Source: an uncultured Opitutales bacterium (GTDB lineage: Bacteria; Verrucomicrobiota; Verrucomicrobiia; Opitutales; Seribacteraceae). From it: a stretch of 64,000 nucleotides of DNA. Below are positions 33,647-43,195 of this stretch, in pieces. The notes beneath the pieces were generated by a model. It searched no databases, had not been told where the DNA came from, and saw only the letters and a program-made list of their open reading frames with translations. The position numbers and the translations under genes were made by a program. The first letter of the stretch is position 1. The number at the start of each line of letters is the position of its first letter. Location of the stretch: the NCBI GenBank assembly GCA_905612515.1, contig CAJQSI010000046.1, positions 9,505 to 73,504 on the forward strand, given 5' to 3'.

Positions 33647-35227
33647 GTGAATCCTTTTAATCCAAACAAAGACAAGCGTTGGCGAACGCCATGGTATGGC
33701 GGGGTCACTTTGTCGCTCGTATCAATTTTCGTTCTAGCCTCGATGATCGCGGTATGGAGCAGGTTTCCCGAAGTGGAAACCTCGCCAGAAGACTTGATCG
33801 TCTATTGCGCGGCAGGAATACGGAAGCCCGTGGAAGCAGCAGCTATCGCTTTTCAGAAAGAATTCGGAGTAAAGATAACACTGGACTACGATTCAAGTGG
33901 TGCGCTTGAGGGCAAATTGCAACTGGACCGAGACAGCAACAAATCCCGCGCTGACCTTTATATCCCAGCCGATCTATCTTTCGCCGACCGAGCTCGAGAA
34001 AAAGGGCTCACTGACGAATCAATTCAGTTGGCCTCGTTCAATCTCGTTCTCGCCTCATCCCCAAAAGCAAATTTAGCCTTTTCATCATTGGATGAATTCC
34101 TCGGACTGGAAGTGCCCTTTGTTCTTTGCAATGAAGCTGCCGGTGTAGGAAAAACAACCAAGGCAACTCTTGAAAACCTCGGCAAATGGGAAATGTTCGA
34201 CGCAGCAAAAAAAACCGCTTCACCACGCGTGACCGATGCGGCGGCGGCGGTCGTCGCCTCAGATATCGTGCAAGCCGGCTTCCTTTGGAATACCACCGCA
34301 AAACAATTCGGCCTCAAGATACACGACCTTCCCGAATTGGCCAACGTTACCTCCCGCATAACAGCAAATGTTTCATCTTCTTCGCAAAAAGCCAGACAAG
34401 CTCTTTTTTTCGCTCGATACCTCGCTGCGCCATCGAAGGGTCAAGTGCACTTCGCAAAACATCACTTCATGGGAGTCGCAGGAGACAAGTGGGTAGAGAA
34501 GCCCGAACTAATCATTTATTGCGGCGGAGTTAATCGCGAAGCAGTTACCCAAACCTTAAGAGACTTTGAGAAGAGAGAAGGCTGTGCGATCATCGAGCAA
34601 TTTGCTGGCTGTGGCTCACTCGTCGCCAATATTAAAGCCATTGACATGAGCAAAGCTAAGACAGCCATGCCCGATGTCTTTCTCACATGCGATGCTTCAT
34701 ATATGGGGAAGGTCGATTCGCTATTCAGTGGTGCTCGCGACGTCTCGAGCACGGACATCGTAATGCTTGTCCGCAAAGGGAACCCACAGAACTTGCAGAC
34801 TCTCGAAGACCTAGGTCGAAAAGGTTTGTCTATAGGCACCACGGATCAAAAAATCTCCACGCTGGGAGACCTCAGTTGGCAGCTCCTCGCAAAAGCCAGT
34901 GTGGACGAGAAAATCAAGGCAAACGGAACATGGGAAGTAACCACTCCCACGGCCCATGAATTAATTTTGCAAATGGAAGGCCATCCCAAACTGGACGTTG
35001 CCCTCGTATATTTCGCGAATTGCCAAAACCTAAGCAAAGGCCAATTCGAGACGATTGCCATCAATGACCCTATCGCCCGAGCAACGCAAAACATTGCCGT
35101 GTACGATAACAGTGCGTTCCCCCACATGACTGGTCGGCTAGTGGAGGCCATAACTTCCCTTGACTCAAAAGCACGTTTTCTAAATGCCGGCTTCCGCTGG
35201 AAAGCGGAGGATGCAAAAGCAAACTAA
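33647..35227 (+). CDS. TM-anchored, tandemly duplicated ModA/WtpA-like (molybdate/tungstate-type) substrate-binding protein
   Basis: GTG start. N-terminal TM. Two SBP-like halves of about 230 aa, each opening with the same pattern (DLIVYCAAGIRKPVEAAA... and ELIIYCGGVNREAVTQTL...). Followed by ModB/ModC-like genes. Confidence 0.7.
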   Translation: MNPFNPNKDKRWRTPWYGGVTLSLVSIFVLASMIAVWSRFPEVETSPEDLIVYCAAGIRKPVEAAAIAFQKEFGVKITLDYDSSGALEGKLQLDRDSNKSRADLYIPADLSFADRAREKGLTDESIQLASFNLVLASSPKANLAFSSLDEFLGLEVPFVLCNEAAGVGKTTKATLENLGKWEMFDAAKKTASPRVTDAAAAVVASDIVQAGFLWNTTAKQFGLKIHDLPELANVTSRITANVSSSSQKARQALFFARYLAAPSKGQVHFAKHHFMGVAGDKWVEKPELIIYCGGVNREAVTQTLRDFEKREGCAIIEQFAGCGSLVANIKAIDMSKAKTAMPDVFLTCDASYMGKVDSLFSGARDVSSTDIVMLVRKGNPQNLQTLEDLGRKGLSIGTTDQKISTLGDLSWQLLAKASVDEKIKANGTWEVTTPTAHELILQMEGHPKLDVALVYFANCQNLSKGQFETIAINDPIARATQNIAVYDNSAFPHMTGRLVEAITSLDSKARFLNAGFRWKAEDAKAN

Positions 35228-35242
35228 AGTCGAAACTTTTCG

Positions 35243-36073
35243 ATGATGCAATCGACTGACGGCAATGTCGTTACAGACTCAACCGGCTTTCGACCGGGAT
35301 CGGACGCGCCATTCATTGTCGGGCTCTCCATCCTAAGCGGTACCTATGTAGTGATTATCGTCGCCATGATCGCGGCAGACCTTGCCTATGTGGACGCCGA
35401 TTCGATGTTGTCTGCCCTGCGAAGCAAAGAAATTCAATATTCCATTGGGCTCAGCCTACTTTCTTGCTCTCTCTCCACGTTACTGTCCCTATGGGTCGCG
35501 ATTCCGCTAGGCTACCTAACCTCCCGCTTCGACTTCCCGGGAAAACGCTTGCTTGATACGGTTTTGGACATTCCGATCGTATTGCCTCCTCTAGTCATTG
35601 GCATATCTCTGTTGGCGCTATTTAATTTTGCACCTTTTTCGTGGACTAGCCAATGGGTCGTATTCGAAATCCCGGCAGTCATTTTAGCTCAATTCATGGT
35701 TGCATGCGCCTTTGCAGCCAGGGCCATGCGAATCTCATTCGACCAGATACCGACCCGTTATGAAAAAGTAGCTCTTACCTTGGGCTGCAACCGAAGCAAG
35801 GCATTTTGGCTTGTCGTCATGCCTCAGGCGAAAAGAGGGATTCTGGCAGCGGGCACCCTCGCTTGGGCGAGATCGCTAGGCGAGTTCGGCCCTATTTTAG
35901 TATTTGCCGGATCCACCCGCATGAGAACGGAAGTCCTTCCGACCTCAGTCTATCTCGAAATGCAGGCGGGAAACTTAAAAGGCATGTTGGCGATTTCTCT
36001 AATTATGATATTTGCGGCTGCCGCCGTGCTGGTTACCTCCCGCCTTATGGGCATGAAACGCTTGGAGCCATGA
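35243..36073 (+). CDS. ABC transporter permease (ModB/CysT-type)
   Basis: Six hydrophobic segments and an EAA-loop-like ARSLGEFGPILVFAG motif. Confidence 0.8.
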   Translation: MMQSTDGNVVTDSTGFRPGSDAPFIVGLSILSGTYVVIIVAMIAADLAYVDADSMLSALRSKEIQYSIGLSLLSCSLSTLLSLWVAIPLGYLTSRFDFPGKRLLDTVLDIPIVLPPLVIGISLLALFNFAPFSWTSQWVVFEIPAVILAQFMVACAFAARAMRISFDQIPTRYEKVALTLGCNRSKAFWLVVMPQAKRGILAAGTLAWARSLGEFGPILVFAGSTRMRTEVLPTSVYLEMQAGNLKGMLAISLIMIFAAAAVLVTSRLMGMKRLEP

Positions 36074-36711
36074 TATCAGTAGAAAAGCTACATGTTCGAC
36101 AGGGAGAATTCTCTCTTTCCGACATTTCTTTCAAATTACCGGAAGGAGCGTACGGGATACTCGTTGGTAGAAGCGGGTGCGGAAAGACAACCCTTCTCGA
36201 AGCCGTGTGCGGCCTTAGGTCGATTACCAGCGGTAAGATCCTTCTAGGGACAAAAGATGTGACGACCCTCAAACCCGGAGAGCGCGACGTAGGATACGTA
36301 CCGCAGGATGGGGCACTATTTCCGCATCTTAGCGTGGCTAGGCAATTGGCGTTTGCTCTTGTTCTGCGAAAAGCAAAACCAAAACAAATTGAGGAGCGAG
36401 TGGAGGAACTGGCCGAAAGGCTGGGAGTTTCTCATCTACTGGATCGCATGCCGGATGCCTTAAGCGGCGGGGAACGCCAAAGAGTTGCACTGGGAAGAGC
36501 TCTTTCCATTCGTCCCAGATACCTATGCCTAGATGAGCCACTGAGTGCACTCGACGATGAGACCCATGATGAAATTTACGAATTGCTGGTGCAAACGGTA
36601 AAAGGGACGGGGGTAACCGTTCTGCACATCACTCACAACAAACGAGAGGTAGAAAATTTGGCAGACGTCGTTTTTCGAATGGCCGGCAATGAGCTGTCTT
36701 GTGAAAGGTAG
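36070..36711 (+). CDS. ABC transporter ATP-binding protein (ModC-like, no C-terminal TOBE domain)
   Basis: Start moved to ATG 36070 (ATGA overlap with the permease stop). Walker A GRSGCGKTT, signature LSGGERQRV, Walker B LCLDEPLSALD. Only 213 aa. Confidence 0.9.
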   Translation: MISVEKLHVRQGEFSLSDISFKLPEGAYGILVGRSGCGKTTLLEAVCGLRSITSGKILLGTKDVTTLKPGERDVGYVPQDGALFPHLSVARQLAFALVLRKAKPKQIEERVEELAERLGVSHLLDRMPDALSGGERQRVALGRALSIRPRYLCLDEPLSALDDETHDEIYELLVQTVKGTGVTVLHITHNKREVENLADVVFRMAGNELSCER

Positions 36712-36814
36712 CATACGGAATGGCTGTCCTTTAGGCTGCAACATGGACGATTTATTTCGAGTTTTTTGCTAAAACCATTTGCGACATCTTCAATCAGGGA
36801 CATAATAGCTAATA

Positions 36815-37810
36815 ATGTTAAATTATTGGCAGATCACTTTTTTGGCAGCCATGCCCTTGGCCGGATTATCCCTATGCCTGAAAGCAAAGGAACAGAAAGC
36901 GTGGGAAAAACCTTTCCCCGAAAACCGGGAAGACCTGCTAGCCATTCAGGAACGCCTTCGCAAAATCCTGCCCGAGGCTAAAAAAGCAGTGGTCGCCATA
37001 GAAAGCGGTGGAGGCGCAGGCAGTGGTGTAATCGTCTCTGAAGATGGAATGGTCCTAACCGCTGCTCATGTGATAGGGAAAAGCGGCAAGCGAGTAAAAG
37101 TGAGGCTACCGGATGGAAAGCGAGTCAATGCAATTACATTGGGCGGTTCAGAAATTTCGGATGCTGGCATGGCTGAAATCACGGATGAAGGAGATTGGTC
37201 GATTGCCCCTATGGCCGCCCGGGGTTCCTCTAAAATCGGGGATTGGTGTTTTGCTCTAGGTCATCCCGGTGGATTCGACAAGGAACGCGGAATCATAGTT
37301 CGCCTTGGCCGAATTATCGCCAAAGAAGACGAAACTATTCAAACGGATAGTCGTCTTCTCGGAGGTGACTCGGGAGGGCCACTCTTCGATTTCAACGGTC
37401 GTGTGATCGGAATACACAGTCGTATCTCCAAGAAGGACGATCAAAATTTCCATGCCCCCATCGAAGCTTTTCATGCAAACTGGAAATCCTTCCGGGACGA
37501 AGAGCTTTTAACGCAAAGCAGTCTACAGGACGGTGGTTTCTTAGGTGTAGGATGCGAAGAAACTGAGGCAGGCCTAAAAGTTATCGAGGTTGTCGAGGAT
37601 TCCGCGGCCAAGAAAGCTCGGTTTCGGGAAGGTGATATAATCGTGAAGGTAAATGGAGACGTCATTGACACACGAGAGGAACTCACAATCGCCATTGCCA
37701 CAACCGGTCCCGGAAAATCAGTCATAATAGATTATCTTCGAGGCGAAAAAGAAATGACCGCCAAAGTCAAACTTGGTAAACGCCCCGACTTTGAGGAAGG
37801 CGATAAATGA
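36815..37810 (+). CDS. HtrA/DegP-like trypsin-fold serine protease with C-terminal PDZ domain
   Basis: Signal peptide. Catalytic His (VLTAAHVIG) and Ser (GGDSGGPLF) motifs are intact. PDZ region GFLGV...GLKVIEVVEDSAAKKARFREGDIIVKVNG. Confidence 0.85.
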   Translation: MLNYWQITFLAAMPLAGLSLCLKAKEQKAWEKPFPENREDLLAIQERLRKILPEAKKAVVAIESGGGAGSGVIVSEDGMVLTAAHVIGKSGKRVKVRLPDGKRVNAITLGGSEISDAGMAEITDEGDWSIAPMAARGSSKIGDWCFALGHPGGFDKERGIIVRLGRIIAKEDETIQTDSRLLGGDSGGPLFDFNGRVIGIHSRISKKDDQNFHAPIEAFHANWKSFRDEELLTQSSLQDGGFLGVGCEETEAGLKVIEVVEDSAAKKARFREGDIIVKVNGDVIDTREELTIAIATTGPGKSVIIDYLRGEKEMTAKVKLGKRPDFEEGDK

Positions 37811-38802
37811 GTTCCCGCGTATTCCTGAGTAAACTTGTTTTGGGGCTGTCCGCTGTCCTCTTTGTTATTACAATTCATGCAGAAGATCTTTCGGCCTCTC
37901 AACGCCTGAATGGAGCAAACACTCGCAAGGCTTTTGCCAAAACCAAACAAGCCGCGTTTGCTTCCACGGTTCGACTCATTCGCAACGGCAAGCTCATCAC
38001 TCACGGAACAATAGTGACAAAGGAAGGTCTCTTGTTGACCAAGGCGAGTGCTTGCGTAGGTGCAAGAGAGGCAGTATTCGCGGATGGTAAAGCATACCCC
38101 GTCAGGATACGCCGCAGAGATGAGAAAACAGACCTTGCTCTTCTGCAGATTATGGCAAAAGACAAGTCCTTCGAGCCCGTGCAATGGTCGAGTGACAAGT
38201 TGCCGACCGAAGGTGGATGGATGGTTTCGGCAGACCCAAAGCTGAAGGGTTTAAAAGTGGGGGTCAACAGCGGAACACCGCGAGCCATAAAGCGCGAAGG
38301 AGGAGTGATTGGCGTAATACTAGGACGCGATGGCAATGCTACGGGTGGTGTCGCCATCGCCGAAGTGGTGCCTCGGGCGGCAGGAGCAACCGCCGGGTTG
38401 AAAAAGGGGGATGTGGTAACGAAAGTGAATGGACAAAGCGTAAAGCGACGCGAACAGGTTATAGAGCTTGTGGGTTCGCATGACCCAGGCGACGTTGTTC
38501 GCATAGAAGTGATGCGAGATGATAGGAGTTTTTCCTATCAGGTGACCCTCGGTCACCGCTCGGTGACCTTCGAAATGTTCAACCGAAATCTCCAGATGAG
38601 CGGTCCGGTATCAAAAAGGAAGGACAATTTCCCTATGATCATCCAGCACGATCTACCCTTACCCCCGGAAGCAATGGGTGGACCCGTTCTCGATATTAAT
38701 GGCAAAGCCGTGGGCTTAAACATGGCCCGCGTGGATAGAGTAACGACCTATGCCCTCACTGCAAAGATCGTTCAAGACACCCTCAAGGCACTTAATCGCT
38801 AG
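37807..38802 (+). CDS. trypsin-fold/PDZ protein lacking catalytic His and Ser (predicted pseudoprotease)
   Basis: ATGA overlap with the previous gene. Positions aligned to protease 1 read LLLTKASACVG (no His) and PEAMGGPVL (Ser replaced by Met). DLALLQI is retained. The PDZ-like segment (GVAIAEVVPRAAGATAGLKKGDVVTKVNG) lies between the two barrel halves. Confidence 0.65.
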   Translation: MSSRVFLSKLVLGLSAVLFVITIHAEDLSASQRLNGANTRKAFAKTKQAAFASTVRLIRNGKLITHGTIVTKEGLLLTKASACVGAREAVFADGKAYPVRIRRRDEKTDLALLQIMAKDKSFEPVQWSSDKLPTEGGWMVSADPKLKGLKVGVNSGTPRAIKREGGVIGVILGRDGNATGGVAIAEVVPRAAGATAGLKKGDVVTKVNGQSVKRREQVIELVGSHDPGDVVRIEVMRDDRSFSYQVTLGHRSVTFEMFNRNLQMSGPVSKRKDNFPMIIQHDLPLPPEAMGGPVLDINGKAVGLNMARVDRVTTYALTAKIVQDTLKALNR

Positions 38803-38817
38803 GCGAATAATTTCGAG

Positions 38818-40101
38818 TTACAAAGGGCATCCCAACACTACACGAAAGCCCACATTGAAGCTGCGAGAAATAGATGCCCACTGATCACGGGAACCCGAGC
38901 GACATTGGGATTCTGCAGAGGTATAACCGCCACCTCGGAGCACCCGCCCTTTTCCTCTCAAGGCTCCCAAGGGATTTACCACGGGAAAAGAAGGATAATC
39001 GCCATACCAGTCAAAGCACCACTCCAGCACGTTACCGTACATGTCGTGCAAGCCCCAAGCATTCGCAGTTTTCGTTCCCACTTGGTGGTAGATACGGCGA
39101 CTATTGCCCTGATGCCAAGCATGCTCCGAAAGTGAAGCTGGATCGTCTCCGAAACTAAACACCGAAGAAGTACCCGCCCGACAAGCGTACTCCCATTCGG
39201 CCTCGGTAGGTAAACGATAAATAAAGCCAGCGGGCAAGTTTTCCGCTCCTCTTTCACTTTCGGTCAACTTCCAGCAAAAGGCCTGAGCCTTGCCATGAGA
39301 AACTTGGCTGACCGGCAATTTTTGCTCCGATGAGTTAAAATCCGTGATAGCCCAAACTGCATTCCATCTTTCGTTTGTCACTTCATACTTTCCCATCCAG
39401 AACCCATGGGTGATCGTGACCCCGTGGACAGTTTCGTTTTTGCCCCGAAGAGCATCGCCATCCTTGCTTCCCATAACAAAGTTGCCGGGAGAAATATAAA
39501 TCAGGTTTTGCGGTTCAAGCTTTGGCTTCCATTCGGCAAGCAATCCGAGTTCACCGAGGCGGATTTTAAATTGATCCTCTATTTCCGCCAAAGAGACAAA
39601 GTCCTCTATGCCGCCAAATTTCAGCTGGTTGCCGGTATTCAAATCTATGCCCTCCTGCTTAATCGCGTTTCGACCTATAAGCCTTAACCATCTGGGATTT
39701 TCGTCTCCCGCGACAAAATGAGCTGCAATCAAGCATTCACCACCAGTAAACGAAAAGTCAAACAGCCCAGCATCATCGGTTTCTAGTTCATCAAGCGAGG
39801 GAGTCGAATCAACAATATCAAACAAGCTCGACAAATAATTATCGACGAAGTCAGAGGATGATTCTCCTCCCTTTAGTTGAATAACCTGTTCTCCCAGCAT
39901 AACTCTAGATTTTCGACGAATGGCCACGATTCCGTCTTTATCAAAAATCTTTATGGAGACACCTTCTTGGGGAACTCCTTCTCCTTTGCTGTCCAAAAAA
40001 CTAAGACTTCCTTTCATCGTTTCTTCCGAACCGCATCCCGATGCAAGCAAGGCCAGTATTCCAACTGCCGGAAAACTGGAAAATCGCCACACTTGAAACA
40101 T
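38818..40101 (-). CDS. FGE-sulfatase (SUMF1/C-type-lectin-like) fold lipoprotein
   Basis: Lipobox LLASGC. C-terminal domain motifs WEYACRAGT, GLHDMYGNVLEWC and RVLRGGGY. ATG 40101 shares one nt with the kinase stop (TGATG). Confidence 0.85.
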   Translation of the reverse strand: MFQVWRFSSFPAVGILALLASGCGSEETMKGSLSFLDSKGEGVPQEGVSIKIFDKDGIVAIRRKSRVMLGEQVIQLKGGESSSDFVDNYLSSLFDIVDSTPSLDELETDDAGLFDFSFTGGECLIAAHFVAGDENPRWLRLIGRNAIKQEGIDLNTGNQLKFGGIEDFVSLAEIEDQFKIRLGELGLLAEWKPKLEPQNLIYISPGNFVMGSKDGDALRGKNETVHGVTITHGFWMGKYEVTNERWNAVWAITDFNSSEQKLPVSQVSHGKAQAFCWKLTESERGAENLPAGFIYRLPTEAEWEYACRAGTSSVFSFGDDPASLSEHAWHQGNSRRIYHQVGTKTANAWGLHDMYGNVLEWCFDWYGDYPSFPVVNPLGALRGKGRVLRGGGYTSAESQCRSGSRDQWASISRSFNVGFRVVLGCPL

Positions 40102-41771
40102 CACGATTCCGATGCTTGGGATGGAGTATCCAAAGAAAGTCGAATAAAGAAAGTCGTGCCCTTGCCTTGCTCTGTTTCAAACCAAATATGACCGCCGTGC
40201 GATTTCGTAATCACATTATGAGCAATTGCCAAGCCCTGACCAGTTCCCACGCCCACTTCCTTAGTCGTGAAGAAAGGTTCGAAAATTTTACCTTGAACAT
40301 GCTCCGGAATGCCACCGCCGTTATCCTGAATCGTAATTACCACATATTGATCGTACTGCCTCGTGGAAACTAAGATCAGGCCTTTGCCGTCCTTCAATTC
40401 GGAATCTCGAATTGCATGGGCGGCATTAACAATAAGATTAAGGACCACTTGATTAATCTCTCCAATGTTACAGGGAACAAAAGGCAAATTTGAATCAAGG
40501 TCGGTCTTGAGTTCCGCGTGGTATTTCCATTCGTTGGTAGCGACCACCGCAGTCGCCTCAATTGCCTGATTAAGGTTTTGGGGTCTTTTTTCTGAAGCTG
40601 CATCCCTATACGCAAAATTTTTCATCGATTTGACGATAGTCGTAATTCGCTCCATTCCCTGGAGAGCCTGTTCAACGGAACCAGGTGCGTTTTCTCTTAA
40701 GAATTCAATTTCCTTGGCATCTGGAATTTCTCCTTCTCCGGAAACCGCAGCCAACAATTCATTGACGGCATCCTTCAAGAACATGACGTTGTCGTTGACG
40801 AATTGTGAAGGTGAATTGATTTCGTGAGCAATCCCCGCTGCCAGTTGACCTACAGCCTCCATCTTCTGGGCATGGACAAGTTCGGTTTCCAAGTGCTTGC
40901 GCTGCATCATTTCTTCTTCCAATTGATGGGCCTTTGTTCGTAGCGCATGGGTACGCTGGGCCACCTGTTCCTCCAATCCATGGACTAAAACACGTAGGCG
41001 TCTGGTCAAAGATCGAATTTCGGCAGGTCCCGTTTCCGCCAAAATAAAAGGTTTTCCTTCATCCAAAGAATTACCGGCGGCGTTTTCTAACGCCTGTATG
41101 GGTTGGGCAAGACTTCGGTAGGTCCTCCATGCCAGAAATGCAGTAATGCCAAAATAGAGAGCAACGGCTATCCAAGAAAAAATACTCGCCTCTTTTCGAC
41201 TTTGCTCCAAATCCATCCAGCGAGCACTTAGCTCTTCTTTTCGACTGTTTATATTTGAGTCGGCTTCGTTCTGCAACCACTCCAAACTAATCTCAAGTTT
41301 TTTGGCAAACTCATCGAAAGTCGAGCGAGCAGCCTTAAGTTTGCTACGACTCGATCCCCCAGCCTTCTTGGAAAATCTTACTTCTTCCATTTGATCCAAG
41401 GCATCATTGATTCCTGAAATTTCTTTTTTCAACTGGTTTAATGTATCCGCTTTATAATTACTCGAGTATTCATCCGTGATTTTCTCTAATGCGGCCGCGG
41501 AATAAACTAGGCTGTCTCTCACTACACCAAATAAACCCTTGAACTCCTTGGGGTAGACTTCCATTGCATTTAGAGCGTCACCACTAGATGCCAGGAATAC
41601 CTGTATGTCTAAATGCTCCTGAGACGCCGCTCCAGATCTTTCGGCCTCTAACCGCAGCTCGTCAGTTGCAGACTGCAAACCAGAGAATTTCCACCACCCG
41701 AAAATTGCCAGAATGGAAGCCCCGCCCAAACCGGCAAGAGTCAGCAAAATCACATAAGATCGTACCTTCAC
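40101..41771 (-). CDS. sensor histidine kinase (two TMs flanking a helical periplasmic region)
   Basis: H-box AAGIAHEINSP, N box LNLIVNAAHAI, G boxes DNGGGIP and GTGQGLA. Confidence 0.85.
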   Translation of the reverse strand: MKVRSYVILLTLAGLGGASILAIFGWWKFSGLQSATDELRLEAERSGAASQEHLDIQVFLASSGDALNAMEVYPKEFKGLFGVVRDSLVYSAAALEKITDEYSSNYKADTLNQLKKEISGINDALDQMEEVRFSKKAGGSSRSKLKAARSTFDEFAKKLEISLEWLQNEADSNINSRKEELSARWMDLEQSRKEASIFSWIAVALYFGITAFLAWRTYRSLAQPIQALENAAGNSLDEGKPFILAETGPAEIRSLTRRLRVLVHGLEEQVAQRTHALRTKAHQLEEEMMQRKHLETELVHAQKMEAVGQLAAGIAHEINSPSQFVNDNVMFLKDAVNELLAAVSGEGEIPDAKEIEFLRENAPGSVEQALQGMERITTIVKSMKNFAYRDAASEKRPQNLNQAIEATAVVATNEWKYHAELKTDLDSNLPFVPCNIGEINQVVLNLIVNAAHAIRDSELKDGKGLILVSTRQYDQYVVITIQDNGGGIPEHVQGKIFEPFFTTKEVGVGTGQGLAIAHNVITKSHGGHIWFETEQGKGTTFFIRLSLDTPSQASES

Positions 41772-41816
41772 AGACAGAAGCTGAGACCAATTGAACTAAC
41801 GAAACAAGAATAGCTC

Positions 41817-42956
41817 TCAGGCATTTGGGACTGTCACCAAAATTTTCTTCGGGAAAGGACTTTCTTCATAACACGCAAGATGATTGCGGACGACACGTAT
41901 GAAGTGTCGATCCACATCAGTACCTGAAGGTGCAACCAAAAAGCCAGAGTCATGACGCAACTCCTGAGCCAATCTCATGCCTGGCCCCAAATTCTTCAAC
42001 AACACTTCTTCGATACGATATTTTTGATCGGCAAGAGAGTGGAGGTACTGCAACGCTTCGGTCACCTCTGGATCGTAATACTTTTCACGACCACGCAAGG
42101 TTTGCACCACGATAGCTTTCTCGTAGCCAAGCTCCTCGTAATGGTCAAAGTCCAACGCTACCTTAATGATCGAAGCAGCTCGCCGAATGCCTATTTCGTC
42201 CGGCAATTCAAACCGTGGCTGTAAATCGATTTTGGCAATTATTTCGCGAACTTCTTCAAGCCGAGGGATTTTCTCCAACATTTGTTCGGTCACTTCAGGA
42301 AATCGGGCCACTATCTCCTGAACTTCCTTCGATAATTCTCGCTTGTGATATACATCCTCTGAAATTGCTTCAGGTAAAGTAATAGAGGCAATCTGAGAAA
42401 AAATGGAGGCCACCTCGATCCTCCACTTGTTCGGCTCTTCAAGCCTATCCGCCAATTCGCCGGCGAGCCGACGCACGCGTTGCGCCCGACCAAAAAACAA
42501 AGGCTTGGCGGTTGCCAAGGCTTGGCTTAACGCATCGACCGCTCCTTTGAGCGTTTGCTCGAGCAACACCTTTTCGCCAACGATTAATTCGTGTTGCCGA
42601 AGGCCGGCATACAAGGACTGAATCAATCGTTCGGGAGGACAGGGCTTCGATAGCATGCGAAAAACATTTCCATCGTTGACTGCAGACATGGCCGACTCGA
42701 AATCGGCATGCCCCGTGAGCAGCATTGTCACCACATCGGCGTTGCGTTCCTTTATGGCCGACAACATGGCCGCACCATCTATGCCGGGCATCCGCATGTC
42801 CGAAAGAACGACCGCAAATTCACCTTCTTCATCAAAAACACGCAGTCCATCCTCTCCGGAGTTAGCCGTAAAGAGATCAAAGCCCTTGCGCAAGTGCAGC
42901 TGGAAACCCTTTAAGATCGAGTCCTCGTCATCGACGCAAAGTATTTTCTTATTCAT
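41817..42956 (-). CDS. response regulator: REC domain plus degenerate HD-GYP-like output domain
   Basis: REC (ILCVDDE, VLSDMRMPGIDG, SKP). The output domain aligns to the HD-GYP fold by pattern, but the HD position reads IFSQIASITLP. Confidence 0.75.
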   Translation of the reverse strand: MNKKILCVDDEDSILKGFQLHLRKGFDLFTANSGEDGLRVFDEEGEFAVVLSDMRMPGIDGAAMLSAIKERNADVVTMLLTGHADFESAMSAVNDGNVFRMLSKPCPPERLIQSLYAGLRQHELIVGEKVLLEQTLKGAVDALSQALATAKPLFFGRAQRVRRLAGELADRLEEPNKWRIEVASIFSQIASITLPEAISEDVYHKRELSKEVQEIVARFPEVTEQMLEKIPRLEEVREIIAKIDLQPRFELPDEIGIRRAASIIKVALDFDHYEELGYEKAIVVQTLRGREKYYDPEVTEALQYLHSLADQKYRIEEVLLKNLGPGMRLAQELRHDSGFLVAPSGTDVDRHFIRVVRNHLACYEESPFPKKILVTVPNA

Positions 42957-43195
42957 AAAGTGAATTCATGACTTCAAGATGAAAGACGTCAAGCTCAGCG
43001 AGTTCTCTAAAAAAGAGATTTGATTTAAAATCTCGACCGTCTGCTTCGCAAGGATCTATTTTCCAAAAAAGAAAAGGCTCGGCCAACATTCGCATTTTAG
43101 TTCCAAGCTAAAGTTCAACTCGCGAAGCACCATTCGTTTCTATTGACAGTTAAACTAACCGAAGGAAGCATGAATGCCAAACCCTAGGAAACACC

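Noticed and set aside
35806-36069. Upstream extension of the ModC-like ORF
   Set aside because: It lies out of frame inside the permease gene. ATG 36070 gives the normal ABC ATPase N-terminus and an ATGA junction.
38818-40101. FGE/C-type-lectin-fold protein as a diversity-generating-retroelement target
   Set aside because: There is no reverse transcriptase gene and no template/variable repeat pair in the window. The C-terminal region shows no Asn/AAC-rich variable pattern.
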